64,000 nucleotides of DNA from the human T2T-CHM13v2.0 reference genome, Homo sapiens. Positions 1 to 17,738 of the stretch are shown piece after piece. A program made the translations under genes and the position numbers. Where the stretch lies: NCBI RefSeq assembly GCF_009914755.1, contig NC_060930.1; one strand, given 5' to 3'. Each line of letters opens with the position of its first letter. The first letter of the stretch is position 1. The notes under the pieces were generated by a model. It searched no databases. It saw only the letters and a program-made list of their open reading frames with translations, and was not told where the DNA came from.

Positions 1-221
1 AACCTCTGCCTCCCAGGTTCAAGCGATTCTCCTGCCTCAGCCTCCTGAGTAGCTGGGATTACAGTTGTGCACCACCACGCCTGGCTAATTTTTGTATTTT
101 TAGTAGAGACAGGGTTTCACTATGTTGGCCAGACTGGTCTTGAACTCCTGACCTCAAGCGATCCACCCACCCCAGCTTCCCAAAATGCTGAGATTATAGG
201 CGTGAGCCACTGCACCCAGCC
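1..221 (-). mobile_element. Alu (3' part lies outside the window)
   Basis: Antisense Alu consensus ending gcacccagcc. Confidence 0.95.
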
Positions 222-353
222 TAGCTCCCACTTACAAGTGATAACATGCAGTATTTGTTTTTCTGTTCCTGGCTTAATTCGCATAGGATAATGGCCTCCA
301 GCTGCATCCATGTTGCTGCAAAGGACATGATTTTATTCTTTTTTATGGCTGCA
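222..353 (-). mobile_element. L1 (L1PB/L1MA-like) 3' fragment
   Basis: tagctcccacttacaagtgataacatgcagtatttg...ataatggcctccagctgcatccatgttgctgcaaaggacatgattt is the antisense L1 ORF2 end. Confidence 0.85.
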
Positions 354-1262
354 TGTCACAACTTTTAAATTTACAGTATGTGGGAAGTGCCTTAGATTAT
401 CCTGATGAAAGATTTCATATTTTTAATCTCCTTATTAAGTTACATCTGTCTAGACTTGCTGATACTTTGGGGATTGGGTGGAAGAGAAAGAGGAGTAGAA
501 AATGAGGATAAGTAAAATTTTTTTGCATTGAGCACACTTTGGATGGATTTCATTGTTCAAATAATTCTGATAATTTGCATTAGATTTAGTTTTTATTTTT
601 TGGTCTCCAGTAACAACTGTTTGTAGAACTAATTTCTATGGCACGTAATTGCATGTGGAGCTAACCCTCCTGGGGCAAGCCACTTATGCCTACAAACTCT
701 CCCTTAACCATATTTTCTGGGGCCAGAGACAATTGGACTACTGTGGAGTGAAAAGCTGTAGATTATTGTGTCCTCAAACTCTCTGCCGCTCCTGCAATGA
801 ATACTGGAGGTATTGTAACTGTATGTGAACTTGAACGAAGATCAGGGGAAGGTCACACAGAGCCTTCTTGAATGGAGTTGCAAATTCTTCCTCTGGCAAA
901 TACAAGTAAAGGGAAATGTCATGAGTTTGTTGCTTTTTATGGTCATGAAGAGGGAAAAATCCCCAAAGCTTGTGATTCCTTTGCTGTGAGCTGACCAGCT
1001 GGCTTTTTTCAGCATTGGAGAAGAACTTGAGAAGGACACTGATTTATTTTTTCCTTGAGTCTGATCACTGACAGTCTCATAGAAAAGCAAATAACTATAT
1101 TCTGAGACTGTAACTAAACTAAACTTTTAAGAAGGTTGTTTCTTTGTAAAACCTAAAAATCAACATAGGGCTATTCTTGTAAGATTACTTTTGGCCACAT
1201 AAAGAGGAAGAGCTCATTCTACTGATTCCTGCTTCTTAATAAATATCTACTAAACTATATGT

Positions 1263-1970
<708 letters not shown>

Positions 1971-2024
1971 TATATTTTTTAAAATAACATATTTTCCTAG
2001 GTACTCCTTCTTTTAAAAAATAGC

Positions 2025-2129
2025 ATATATATTTATATATGTATATATATGTGTGTGTGTATATATGTGTATATATATACACACATATATACATGTGTGT
2101 ATATATATATACACACACATATATACATG

Positions 2130-2168
<39 letters not shown>
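2025..2168. repeat. Compound (TA)/(TG)/(CA)n microsatellite
   Basis: Directly visible; ends in a long (CA)n run. Confidence 0.95.
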
Positions 2169-2172
<4 letters not shown>

Positions 2173-2193
2173 AATATGCCCACTTATTGGCCC

Positions 2194-2497
2194 TTTTTTT
2201 CCTTTTTTTTTTTTTTGAGATTGGAGTCTCACTCTGTTGCCCAGGCTGGAATGCAGTGGCACTGTCAAGACTCATTGCAACCTCCACCTGCCAGGTTCAA
2301 GCTATTCTTGTGCCTCATCCTCGAGTTCCTGGGACTACAGTTGCATGCCACCATGCCCAGCTAATTTTTGTTTTTTTAGTAGACATGGGGTTTCAGCATG
2401 TTGCCCAGGCTGGTCTTGAACTCCTGGCCTCAAGTGATCCACCTGCCTCAGCCTCCCAAAGCGCCGGGATTACAGGCATGAGCCACTGCACCCAGCC
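2194..2497 (-). mobile_element. Alu
   Basis: T tail followed by antisense Alu body. Confidence 0.95.
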
Positions 2498-2754
2498 GAC
2501 CCTTTTCTTCAATGTAACTTTCTCTTTTTTTTTTTTCCTTGCACAAAGCATTAACAATGTGAATGAAGGAGATGGGATTGGATGAGCCAATTTGGGGCAT
2601 TCCACCTGTGTCTGAGGGTTCCTAACACAGTTGTTTTACTGTGTATTTTTGTGTTAATTACAAGGTTGAAACTTGTAGAGAATCAACTAATAAAGAATCA
2701 GGTGCATATAGAAATATAAACATACAGTCTCTTTTCTTACTGTGAGTTCGCTAA

Positions 2755-2890
2755 CGTTTATTGGGTTTGAGTGCTTATTAGGTACCAAGCAGTTGTTTTT
2801 GGGCACTTACACATGCTATTCCCTATGTTACCAACAGTTTATGACTTTTGTGAGGTGACTGGTATCATTCCCGTTTTTAAAATGAGCCAG
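2755..2890 (-). mobile_element. MIR
   Basis: ttgagtgcttattaggtaccaagca...gcacttacacatgctatt...atcattcccgtttttaaaatgag. Confidence 0.5.
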
Positions 2891-3336
2891 TAGAGTGGAA
2901 ATTTAACTAGGAGTTGGAGCTTTTGATTCGATCGCTCTTGAGTTCAATGCTAGAGGTCTCACTCCTGTTTGGGCAGCTCTCAGACTTGGAGCTCATGGGT
3001 ATGATGAGATCACTGCAGTGTGACAGGGGCCTTGGCTATGCTGCCGAATAGGAGATGTCTCTCATTATTAACTTCTGGGATGTCAGACAGCTCCTAAGAT
3101 CCCTGTGCACTCTGCCTTCCTAGGTATTTCAGGATGTATTACTAAGATCTGCTGTCAAGTAAATGGTGAATGATGATCTAATAAGGCCAGCCCCTTGTTT
3201 CAGACCCTGTCCTCACTTCTCCCAGCCCGTCATGGTTTAGAGGTGGCTAATGCCAGGCTGTAAGAGCTCTTTGAGTTTGGATGCAGATCGTACGTCTGAA
3301 ACGAGAATTGATACTGCACATTTTTCTCTTTATTTT

Positions 3337-3684
<348 letters not shown>

Positions 3685-3727
3685 TCAGGTTGCATCTTGA
3701 GGGTTGGCATCTAAAAACCAATGGTTT

Positions 3728-4014
<287 letters not shown>

Positions 4015-4030
4015 TAAAAACCAATGGTTT

Positions 4031-4348
<318 letters not shown>

Positions 4349-4350
4349 TT

Positions 4351-4454
4351 ATTATTTTATTTATTTATTTATTTATTTATTTATGAGATGGAGTTTCACT
4401 CTTGTTCCCCAGGGTGGAGTGCAATGGCGTGAGCTCGGCTCACTGCAACCTCCT
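4351..4454 (-). mobile_element. Alu 3' fragment with (TTTA)n tail
   Basis: (ttta)n gagatggagtttcactcttg...ctcactgcaacctcc. Confidence 0.9.
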
Positions 4455-4547
4455 GTTAAGATAGCAATTTAGCCTGTTAAGATAATAATTTAAAAAACTC
4501 ACATGGGAGCAAAGTAATAGCAAATGAATGACTAGTGAATAAATTAA

Positions 4548-4864
<317 letters not shown>

Positions 4865-5195
4865 CAAAACAATGGTTTTTAGATGTTTTCTTGCTGGTCT
4901 GCTACACGTTCTTCTTCTGTTCAGTCAGTGCATGTAGTAATAAATAAAAGCTCTGCTCATTGCTTTTGTTTATTTTAAGTACTTTTTCACGTAGTGCGGT
5001 GTCATGGCCTCAGATAAATGTCTACATAATGCAGTCAACTTTCCCACACCTTGGGTGTCCTCTAAGAAATGCAGACTACAGAATCTTGATCATATTTATA
5101 TATGATTGTCCTTTGGCTCTAAATTTATCCCATTATCAGGTTGGCTTTTATTTTGGGAATTCTGTCTGCATCAGAAACATGGCTAAATGACTTCA

Positions 5196-5246
5196 ACTTC
5201 AAGTTCAAACACTTGAAGTTCAAAAACTTCAAGTTCAAACACTTCA
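5196..5246. repeat. 15-bp tandem repeat, about 3.4 copies
   Basis: acttcaagttcaaac / acttgaagttcaaaa / acttcaagttcaaac / acttca. Confidence 0.9.
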
Positions 5247-5656
5247 TTTGTTGGCATTTTCATTTTTAGCAAGTGAATATCTGGCATGAATTAACTAAAG
5301 TTTAGAAGATCTTTGTTTTTCTTCTTCCCTCCCCACCCCCAAAAAGAAGAAAATTCCTAAAGCTTTTTGTAATTTTTATCACAAAATAATAGACTTAGTA
5401 CAGGGAGCATCATGCTGAAGCCTTCCTTAGGACTGTTTCACCAGTGAAGACCATCTCACAGGCCTGCTCGGTCCCTCCTGCTGTTCTTTTTTCAAAGCTA
5501 AGAGAGACATTCTACAACTTCAAATCTAAGGTTTTCTGGGTCTCAATTCCCTTATACTCCAGAGTTCAAGCACATTTTCTTTGCCTGCATGTAAAAGGTA
5601 GTTGATTAGCTGAAGTTAAGTTAACCTTTGGATTTCTTTCCTTTTCGGGGGTTATT

Positions 5657-5987
<331 letters not shown>

Positions 5988-6179
5988 TAGGTAACTTAGT
6001 GGCAGGAGAATTACCACTTAACTTCCTGAAAGCTTTGCTTTTCCACTAACTCAGAACTCTTCCTCTAACTCTGTATCCATGCAAAACTGGTTGTTGAAAC
6101 ATCCATTCAACAGATAATAATAAATTCCTTCTTCAGTTCACATTCTTCATTTTTACTCACTATACTCTCTTGAGAGATT

Positions 6180-6567
<388 letters not shown>

Positions 6568-6979
6568 TAGGATGCCTCTACTTCATTGTCTTGCCCCTTT
6601 AAGCTGAGCCCACCCAGCTCAAATCTACACTGTCTGTTCTCATCCCTGTCAATGCACTCTCCAGCTTGGGGCAGGTGGAGGGGGCACTGTTTCATGAGGA
6701 AAGCTAATGGTATGCAGAAGGGATTGAATAAAAGAAAGGAAGAGAATGGAGAACATCCGCTTGGCTGGGGCTCAATATCCAAGCATGCCAAGATGAAAGT
6801 GGAGCAGGGTGCGGCCTTGGGAAGGAGACGTGAATGAACTGCTGACATTCCTTGAGGACAAGAGGCCAAAGCCTGCTGGCTCTAAAACTAGTATGTTTAA
6901 AGCAAATTATTAGTTTTGCTCAAAGTGCCACTGACATCATAAAAGAATAAGATATACCTGGCCAAGACCCCACCTCTTA

Positions 6980-7295
<316 letters not shown>

Positions 7296-7475
7296 GAATT
7301 AAAGATAAATAGTATGATGTAAAAATTCATATTAGAGGTACATTTTTAGGTAATATATCTGTAATGTTTTTGACAAAAATAAATTAATTTAGCTTCAAAC
7401 ATCTCATTCATTTGCAAAGGATGATTTTGTTGAAAGCTTAAATCTGTGGGAAAATAATTTTTGTCTAAAAGTTTA

Positions 7476-7784
<309 letters not shown>

Positions 7785-7839
7785 TTAGGGACAAAGTTAA
7801 ATTTATACATGTAAATCAAGCCTCTTTTTTTTTTTTTTG

Positions 7840-7922
7840 CAATAGCTTTACTGAGATACTGTAACTCACATACCATATAGTTTACCCCTTTAAAGTGTAC
7901 AGGTCAGTGGGTTTTAGTAATC
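7840..7922 (-). mobile_element. Old L1M 3'-terminal fragment
   Basis: agctttactgagata...actcacataccata...tttaaagtgtacaggtcagtgggttttagta, preceded by a T tract. Confidence 0.7.
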
Positions 7923-8439
7923 AAAGCATTCTTAGTTGAAAAGTGTTATTGAACAACTGGAAGCAGATATTTGTTAACTGGTCTGACTTATGTTCATATG
8001 ACTGCTTAAAACTTTTCCTTTGCAGGAATTCAGCTAGCCCATTCTAAAAATGGTCCAAAAATCAGAATGTAGGAAGGGAACTGCTATTGCTCTTTGAACT
8101 TTAAATAGTCACTGTAGGGATATAGTGACCCAGGAAATCAATTAGCTAAACTGACTTCAATCCAGTAGATTTAAAACATAACAGAAGAAAACCAACTTGA
8201 AAAAAGAAAATAAACATACAGTATTATACCTTTAGGGAAAAAGGACCACTTAGTTTAAATTCAATATTTTAAAAGTCAAGAATAATAATGCTTGTTAAAA
8301 ATCTAACAGTACATGCAAAGGTATATAAAAGCTGCTCTTTGTCCTTTCCCATCCATCCCTCATCAGTCTGTCACCAGAGGAACCATAGTTAATGATGATT
8401 ATAATAACCTTCCTGGGCTTCAGTGGATTACTCAACAAC

Positions 8440-8860
8440 TGTGTGAGAAAAGAAATTGGTGATCGTTAGGAGTCAGTGTGGGTTCACTAAGGATGAGCCC
8501 AACAATGACATTTATGTAATATTCTTTTCGTTCTTCCTTTAGTTGGTCTTTTTGTTGTTGTTTTCAGGTTCCTGGACTCCAGGATTTGGGGGACTGGACT
8601 GATGATGGTGATTCTGCATTTCACCAAAGTGATTTGACAAAATTGAGTCATTCAGCAGCTCTGTCTAAATGTGGGCTGATCAAAATATCTGGAATAAATG
8701 TAATTGATCATCCTGGTCAGAGCTGTCTGCTGTAAAACTCTCCTTGGCCTTGCCAGGGTTAATTCTTTATCAACTTGCATGAGAAGTGAAGACGGACATC
8801 TCAAAGTGACAAATGATTTAAAAAGTTAAAAGTTAGGATAGATAGCTGATGCTGGATCAC
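8440..8860 (+). mobile_element. Ancient CR1/L3-like LINE fragment
   Basis: tcagtgtgggttcactaag...atttcaccaaagtgatttgacaa...ttctttatcaacttgcatgag resembles decayed CR1 RT sequence. Confidence 0.35.
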
Positions 8861-9515
8861 ATATTTTTCTCTTCTTTCTTTTTTAAATTTTTTGATCTTT
8901 ACTTCAATTATCTTCTGTCATTGCTTATTTCTTTCACTACTCCTATTTAAATATTTTTCAAACTTAGATATGGTGCCAGCATTTTGGTATAAAGAGGAAA
9001 GACAGTGTTAGCTCTCAGTGCAGCAGAGCAGTCAGACTTGAAGATGGCGTAAGGAGGAAGGCACTGGATCTGTGGAAGGACAGAGGAGGGAGGAGTCTAG
9101 GTAGAATAGAAGAAAAACACCCTGATGAAATGCATCAATTCCTGTGCATTTTAGAAGATCGAATTATAAAGCAATTTGGCAACATGTCTCACCATATAAG
9201 TGTTCATATCCTTTGCTCCAGTGCTGCTAATTCTGGAAATTCAACAAATAAATAACACAGGGGAAGGAAAACTGTATTCCATAAAATGTTTGTTACAAAT
9301 GTTTGCCATAGCCTTGTCGAAGATGTTGAAAGATCAGTTCAGTGAATCATGTATGGTACATATACCTGATCATTGTCATTCAGGGGCACAGGAGAAATTT
9401 TAGCTACTAGGAGAAATGTTTATGGCTGTGAAATGGGAAAATATGCAAAACTGTATTCCACAATAGTAATTGTATTTAAAAAACGCATGTATGTGGCTGA
9501 AGGTTGAAAGGAGAT

Positions 9516-9650
9516 ACTCAGGAGGCTGAGGCAGGAGAATGGCGTGAACCCGGGAGGTGGAGCCTGCCGTGAGCCGAGATCGCGCCACTGCACCAGCCTG
9601 GCGGACAGAGCGAGACTCCATCTCAAAAAAAAAAAAAAAAAAAAAAAAAA
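9516..9650 (+). mobile_element. 5'-truncated AluY
   Basis: gagaatggcgtgaacccggg is Y-diagnostic; long pure A tail; TSD aaaggaga. Confidence 0.9.
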
Positions 9651-10741
9651 GGAGAACATGAAAATCACAAAGTGTTGGAATGATAGGGTTTTAGATTGTT
9701 TCATCTTTTCAAAACTTTCATTTCTCTTTCTTGAGATTTTGTAAAAAAAAACCAGCAGACAGATCAACGGGAAGGAATTGAGGATGAGGGAGAATATAGC
9801 TTATAAGTAGGGGAGAAGGTTAAAAATTAGCTGGGAGTTTAATTGATTTTATATTCACTGTAATCTCAACTGTGAGAAGGTGGTTAATATAGAGCATTTT
9901 GAATAGACTCTTATGCCATATTAATAGAAATAACACCATACTGTTGTTTGCACCAGTCAGCATCTATTTGGACTATTGTACTTAATTGACATAGTCACAT
10001 TTTAATGTCAGGCATTGCTGCATTAAAGTCAGACATGTAGATTTTGGACCTTAAAAGACTCATTCAGTTTTCAGCTGTTTGAGAGACAGTTGTCAAAGCA
10101 TCAGTAGACACATCACAGTGTGGAAGAGTCCACAGAATGCCAAACCCTGGCCAACAGAGAGAGGGTGGGGTGTGGAGTAGGGCTATTGGGTGGTTTTCAG
10201 AGCACCAATCCATTTCCTCTGACGATTTTTGCAAAGACAGTCATAGATATGTAGAACAAACAACAAGATTTTGTGTCTATAGTTATTATTTACCATTTCT
10301 GATCCCTGTTTTCAGGACCTATTACATTTCTAGAATGTAGCCATAAAAAGACACCATCGCTATGTATCACTATGGTTAATGAAGGCTTTTCATAGGCAAA
10401 AAATAGCAGGGATAATGGCAGGAAGTTACAGTGTGAAAGGTTCCATGGAAGGTGGATGTGGTTTCTTCACCGGATTTTTCCATTGCCGGGAGACAGACAT
10501 CGTTCCTCAGGCACCCAAACCTGTCTCTCTCGGCGTTTGCTGATAGAGTGGGCTGAATGGTCATCGTCCTTGTGCCCTCTTCAGTTGCCCTGACTCCTAT
10601 GCATGCTCCTTGAGTGTCACCTTCCTACCTGACAGATGCCATACCCTTCCATCCCCAACTCCCATTTTATCTTTTCCTTCTAAGCTGGATCTAGGAACCC
10701 TCACGGGACCCACAAGTAACCGTTATTAAAACAGTGTGACT

Positions 10742-11065
<324 letters not shown>

Positions 11066-11239
11066 TCAAATATATGTATTTAAGGCAAAAATAACACTTG
11101 GCAGCTATATAAAACTAGATTTAGCATGAATCTGTTCTTTTTGCTTACAAGGGAAGATAAGACTTCTAACCAAATACCCATATTATATGGAAACTTCCAA
11201 TTCTATGTAACGTTTCCATTTTGGAAAAGACTTGTGGTT

Positions 11240-11553
11240 TTTTGTTTGTTTGAGTTTTTTTAAATTCTTTAAGACAGATTCTCACTGTGTCACCCACACT
11301 GGAGTGCAGCAGCCTGATCTCAGTTCACTGCAACCTCTGCCTCCTGGGTTCAAGTGATTCTCCTGCCTCAGCCTCCTGAGTTAGTTGGGACTACAGGCAT
11401 GTGCCACCATGCCCAGCTAATTTTTGTATTTTTTGTAGAGACGGGGTTTCACCATGATGGCCAGGCTGATCTGGGACTCCTGTCCTCAAGCGATCCACCC
11501 GCCTTGGCTTCCCAAATTTCTGGGATTACAGGCATGAGCCACCGTGCTCGGCC
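11240..11553 (-). mobile_element. Alu
   Basis: Antisense Alu body. Confidence 0.92.
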
Positions 11554-11554
11554 T

Positions 11555-11555
<1 letters not shown>

Positions 11556-11590
<35 letters not shown>
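11556..11590. repeat. Poly(T), 35 nt
   Basis: Pure T run. Confidence 0.95.
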
Positions 11591-11593
<3 letters not shown>

Positions 11594-12327
11594 CAACATC
11601 TAAACCCTTACTTTAATATTACAGAGGGAAAGTTGAAAATTGGGCTTAAACCAGGTGTGAGAAACATTTAATATCTAATGATTAAATCTCATGGTCAAGA
11701 TGAAAGATGTTCAGTCTTAGGTGAAATCTTTCTCACAAAAGTTTTCTGTGGACAGTTGAATATAGACAGTACAAGTGGCTTTTTTAAAATTTTGAGGCAG
11801 GTCTTTTTGAAGACAGCTGTAGCCCATTAGTAACGGTCCCATTCAAGGATGGATGATAATCCCAAAATGTCAGTGGCATTTTCAGTTTTTTTGTGTGTAT
11901 TTCAATTTTATATTTTTTTCTAAAATTTTTTATTATTCAGTGCAGAATTTTTCTCAATAGCATTTTAGACTTGTTTGTCATCCTGTTTGTCTTCTCCAAA
12001 TTTAGTGGAAAAGAAACTTCTTTCTTTCATAGAACTTGCCAAGACATCTGGGGAGGATTTCATAATTAAAGAATGTATTTTATTTCCTTTAGGAATCAAC
12101 AGCACTTGAATCTGATTTGCCATGACACTTCAGTGTTGCTCAACTCAAGAGGCATTGTAGTTCCATTGTAGTTCTTGTTTATGATTAATAGGAAATGAAT
12201 ACTCTGGAGCAGATACATTTACCCCAGGAAGATATCTCTGGATCACTTTGCCTCCGAGCACTCTTCCTCTGAGATATTTTCCTAGTCTCAATTGCTGGAA
12301 AAGTATTAATTCTTCCAGGTTTTTCAG

Positions 12328-13392
<1,065 letters not shown>

Positions 13393-13935
13393 GTGGATCC
13401 CTTTTGCTTTTAGTGAATGAAATATCTGGTAGTCTCGTATGCCAAACTAAAGCTAAAAATTAAAAATGACTTCTGAAATGAATGTGTATATGACAGACAT
13501 CATGATGAATCCAAGTGAGCATTATGCACTCGTAGCAATCGAAGCAGACTTCTCTGGCTTCTGAATAACAGTTCTTAGAGTTCTAATTTAGTATTTGGAT
13601 AGAGTTACTGCTTCTAGTTTGGGGAGTTAGTTGCTAAAATAATAAAATGTCTCCATGGTAGGGAGGGGTGATGGTGAGGAGGTTTGCTGGTGGTTGGTTA
13701 AGTATGTTTCCCACCAAATATGCCGAAGCAGTTTCTTCTGTTAGTTACAGGTCAGAATCTTTTTGCCATCTTTGCTTTCTTTCTCCTGTTTGCATCCTTT
13801 TTGTTGTTGCTGAACTTTTTTAGAGTAAGTTTTAGATATCAGACACTTCACTCCCAGATAGTTCAGCATCGTCTCCTGGGAATATATCCCTACATTCTTC
13901 TGCTTACCCCCAGTGCCATTATCACAACGAAGAAA

Positions 13936-14238
13936 CTTTTTTTTTTTTTTTTTGAGAGGTTCTCCTTCTGTCGCCCAGGCTACAGTAAAATGGAATGATC
14001 TCAGCTCACTGCAGCCTCTGCCTGCCAGTCTCATGTGATCCTCCCACCTCAGCCTCCGGAGTAGCTGGGACTACAGGCCTGTGCCACCAAGTCCAGCTAA
14101 TTTTTGTATTTTTTGTAGAGATGGGGTCTCACTATATTGCCCAGACTGGTCTTGAACTCCTGAGGTCAAGCAATCCGCCCACCTCGGCCTCCCAAAGTGC
14201 TGGGATTACATGTGCGAGCCACTACACGCCCCCAGCCC
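13936..14238 (-). mobile_element. AluJ
   Basis: Antisense Alu with J-type features. Confidence 0.9.
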
Positions 14239-14246
14239 ACAACTGA

Positions 14247-14571
<325 letters not shown>

Positions 14572-14670
14572 CAACGTTAATTTAATGATATCATCTAAGA
14601 TAGAGTTCGTATTCAAACTTCCTCTGTTAACCTTAAATATATTTTATACCTGCTTTAAAAATTGGGTCCT

Positions 14671-14982
14671 GGCCAGGCATGGTGGCTCATGCTGTAATCC
14701 CTGCGCTGTGGGAGGCTGAGGTGGGATGATCACTTGAGGTGAGGAGTCCAAGACTAGCCTGGGCAACGTAATGAGACTTCAGCTCTATAAAAATAAAATA
14801 CAAGAAATTAGCCCAGTGTGGTGGCGCAGGCCTGTAGTCCTAGCTACTTAGGAGGACCAGGTGGAAGGATCCCTTGAGCCAAGGAGTTTGAAGCTGCAGT
14901 GAGCTATGATTGCATCACTGCACTCCAGCCTGAGTGACACAGTGAGACCCTGTTTCAAAAAAAAAAAAAAAAACAAAAAAAA
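14671..14982 (+). mobile_element. AluJ
   Basis: Sense Alu; TSD-like aaaattgggtcc / aacagtggggtcc. Confidence 0.92.
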
Positions 14983-15049
14983 CAGTGGGGTCCAGCATAT
15001 AACCAAATTGCATTTGGTCATGTTTCTTTTCTAGTTTCTTAAACTAGAA

Positions 15050-15100
15050 TACTCCCTTTGCCTTTCTGTTTTTCGTACTCCCTTTGCCTTCCTGTTTTTC
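15050..15100. repeat. 26-bp tandem duplication
   Basis: tactccctttgcctt(t/c)ctgtttttc twice. Confidence 0.9.
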
Positions 15101-15107
15101 ATGAGAT

Positions 15108-15156
<49 letters not shown>
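15108..15156. repeat. (GATA)n tetranucleotide STR
   Basis: About 12 perfect units at an Alu tail. Confidence 0.95.
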
Positions 15157-15157
<1 letters not shown>

Positions 15158-15450
15158 GATGGAGTCTCACTCTGTCTCCCAGGCTGGAGTGCAGTTGTAT
15201 GATCTCGGCTCACTGCAACCTCGGCTCACTGCAACCTCTGCCTCCTGGGTTTGAGTGATTTTCCTGCCTCAGCCTCCCCAGTAGCTGGGATTACAGGCAT
15301 GTGCTGCCACGCCCTGTTCATTTTTGTATTTTTAGTAGAGACAGGGTTTTACCATGCCAGGCTGGTCTCAAACTCCTGGCCTCAAGTGATCCACCCGCCT
15401 TGGCCTCCCAAAGTGCTGGGATTACAGGTGTAAGGCACCGCACCCAACCC
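15157..15450 (-). mobile_element. AluS with (GATA)n tail
   Basis: Antisense body; internal duplication ctcggctcactgcaac x2. Confidence 0.93.
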
Positions 15451-15541
15451 ATGAGATTTATTTTTATAAAGAGCCCAGGCCAGTTGTCTTATGTAGTGGA
15501 TTTGTCAGATTTATCTATGATTAGATTCAGGCTGGACATTG

Positions 15542-15824
15542 TTTTATTTTTGAGACAGAGTCTTGCTCTGGCTGGAGTGCAGTGGTGCAATCTCAACTCA
15601 CTGCAAGCTCCGCTTCCCGGGTTCACACCATTCTTCTGCCTCAGCCTCCTGAGTAGCTGGGACTATAGGCGCCTGCCACCACACCTGGCTAATTTTTTGT
15701 ATTTTTAGTAGAGATGGGGTTTCACCGTGGTAGCCAGGATGGTCTGGATCTCCTGACCTTGTGATCCGCCTGCCTTGGCCTCCCAAAGTGCTGAGATTAT
15801 AGGCGTGAGCCACCGCGCCCCGCC
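15542..15824 (-). mobile_element. AluY
   Basis: gcaagctccgc...ttcacaccattct diagnostics; TSD caggctggacatt on both sides. Confidence 0.93.
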
Positions 15825-16364
15825 CAGGCTGGACATTCTTAGCAAGAATACCACTTAGGTGATGCTGTCGTGATGGTGCGGTGATAGTGAGTCTTTACTG
15901 TTGTATCACACCAGCAATCACAGACAATGCCTGTCCCTCCTGTTATTGCTGATACTGAGTTTGACTGTTAGATGCTAGTAAGGGCTGAGTTTCCCTGTGG
16001 GGTACTATGGTAGTTTCATACCGGTGATTCCATTGCCAGTATATTCGCATCCAGTGATGACTCTCGCGTAAATCACTGTGAAATGGTGACTTTCTCATCT
16101 GTTATTCTTTTCTATATTTCTCCATCTGGCATTCTTCCATATAGGTGAGCTTTTTCCTTTTACCCTCATCTCTCCCTTTGTTTTCCCTTAAAAGTTAAAC
16201 ATCTTTTTTCCAACAATGAAGTTATTGAACGTATTTCCAACTTTTATGTCAAACTTAAGGAAAGAGACCTCCAGCAGGCCAGTTCAAAGACTCTTTTGGT
16301 AGACATATTTAATGGAAAAAGAATGGCTAGGTGGTTACTGTTAGACTAGTTAAAAGAATGAGGC

Positions 16365-17009
<645 letters not shown>

Positions 17010-17441
17010 TGAAGATCACCTGGGGGTGTGGTGATGGTGGAGGAGGTGGGGGGGTTGGGTAGTAGGGAAGTGGTTTAAAATTATAGATCATGATTTCGTT
17101 AAAGTGTATCAGAAACATTTTGTTGGGAATGTTTTCCTGAAGAAAGTCATGAATTAAATCATGCAAAAAAGTTCTGTCCTTGAGAAGGTAGGGATCTTTA
17201 AGCATTGTAAGTATGGAAATTAGAAATTATAGAAAGATTTAAAAATATAACAAAAAATAGAAGTTCCTATTTAACACAACCATTATCACTTTTGTGTGTT
17301 CTTAGAAAAAAGGAGTGTTTGTGAGTTGGGGGCATCTCACAATTTTATAGGCAGTTTCTAACTTCAAAGGCATTTTTGAGAAAACCTCAAGGTCATAGAA
17401 ACAGTAGTATAAAAGTGGAGGTAAGAATTTCTAATTGTCAC

Positions 17442-17738
<297 letters not shown>

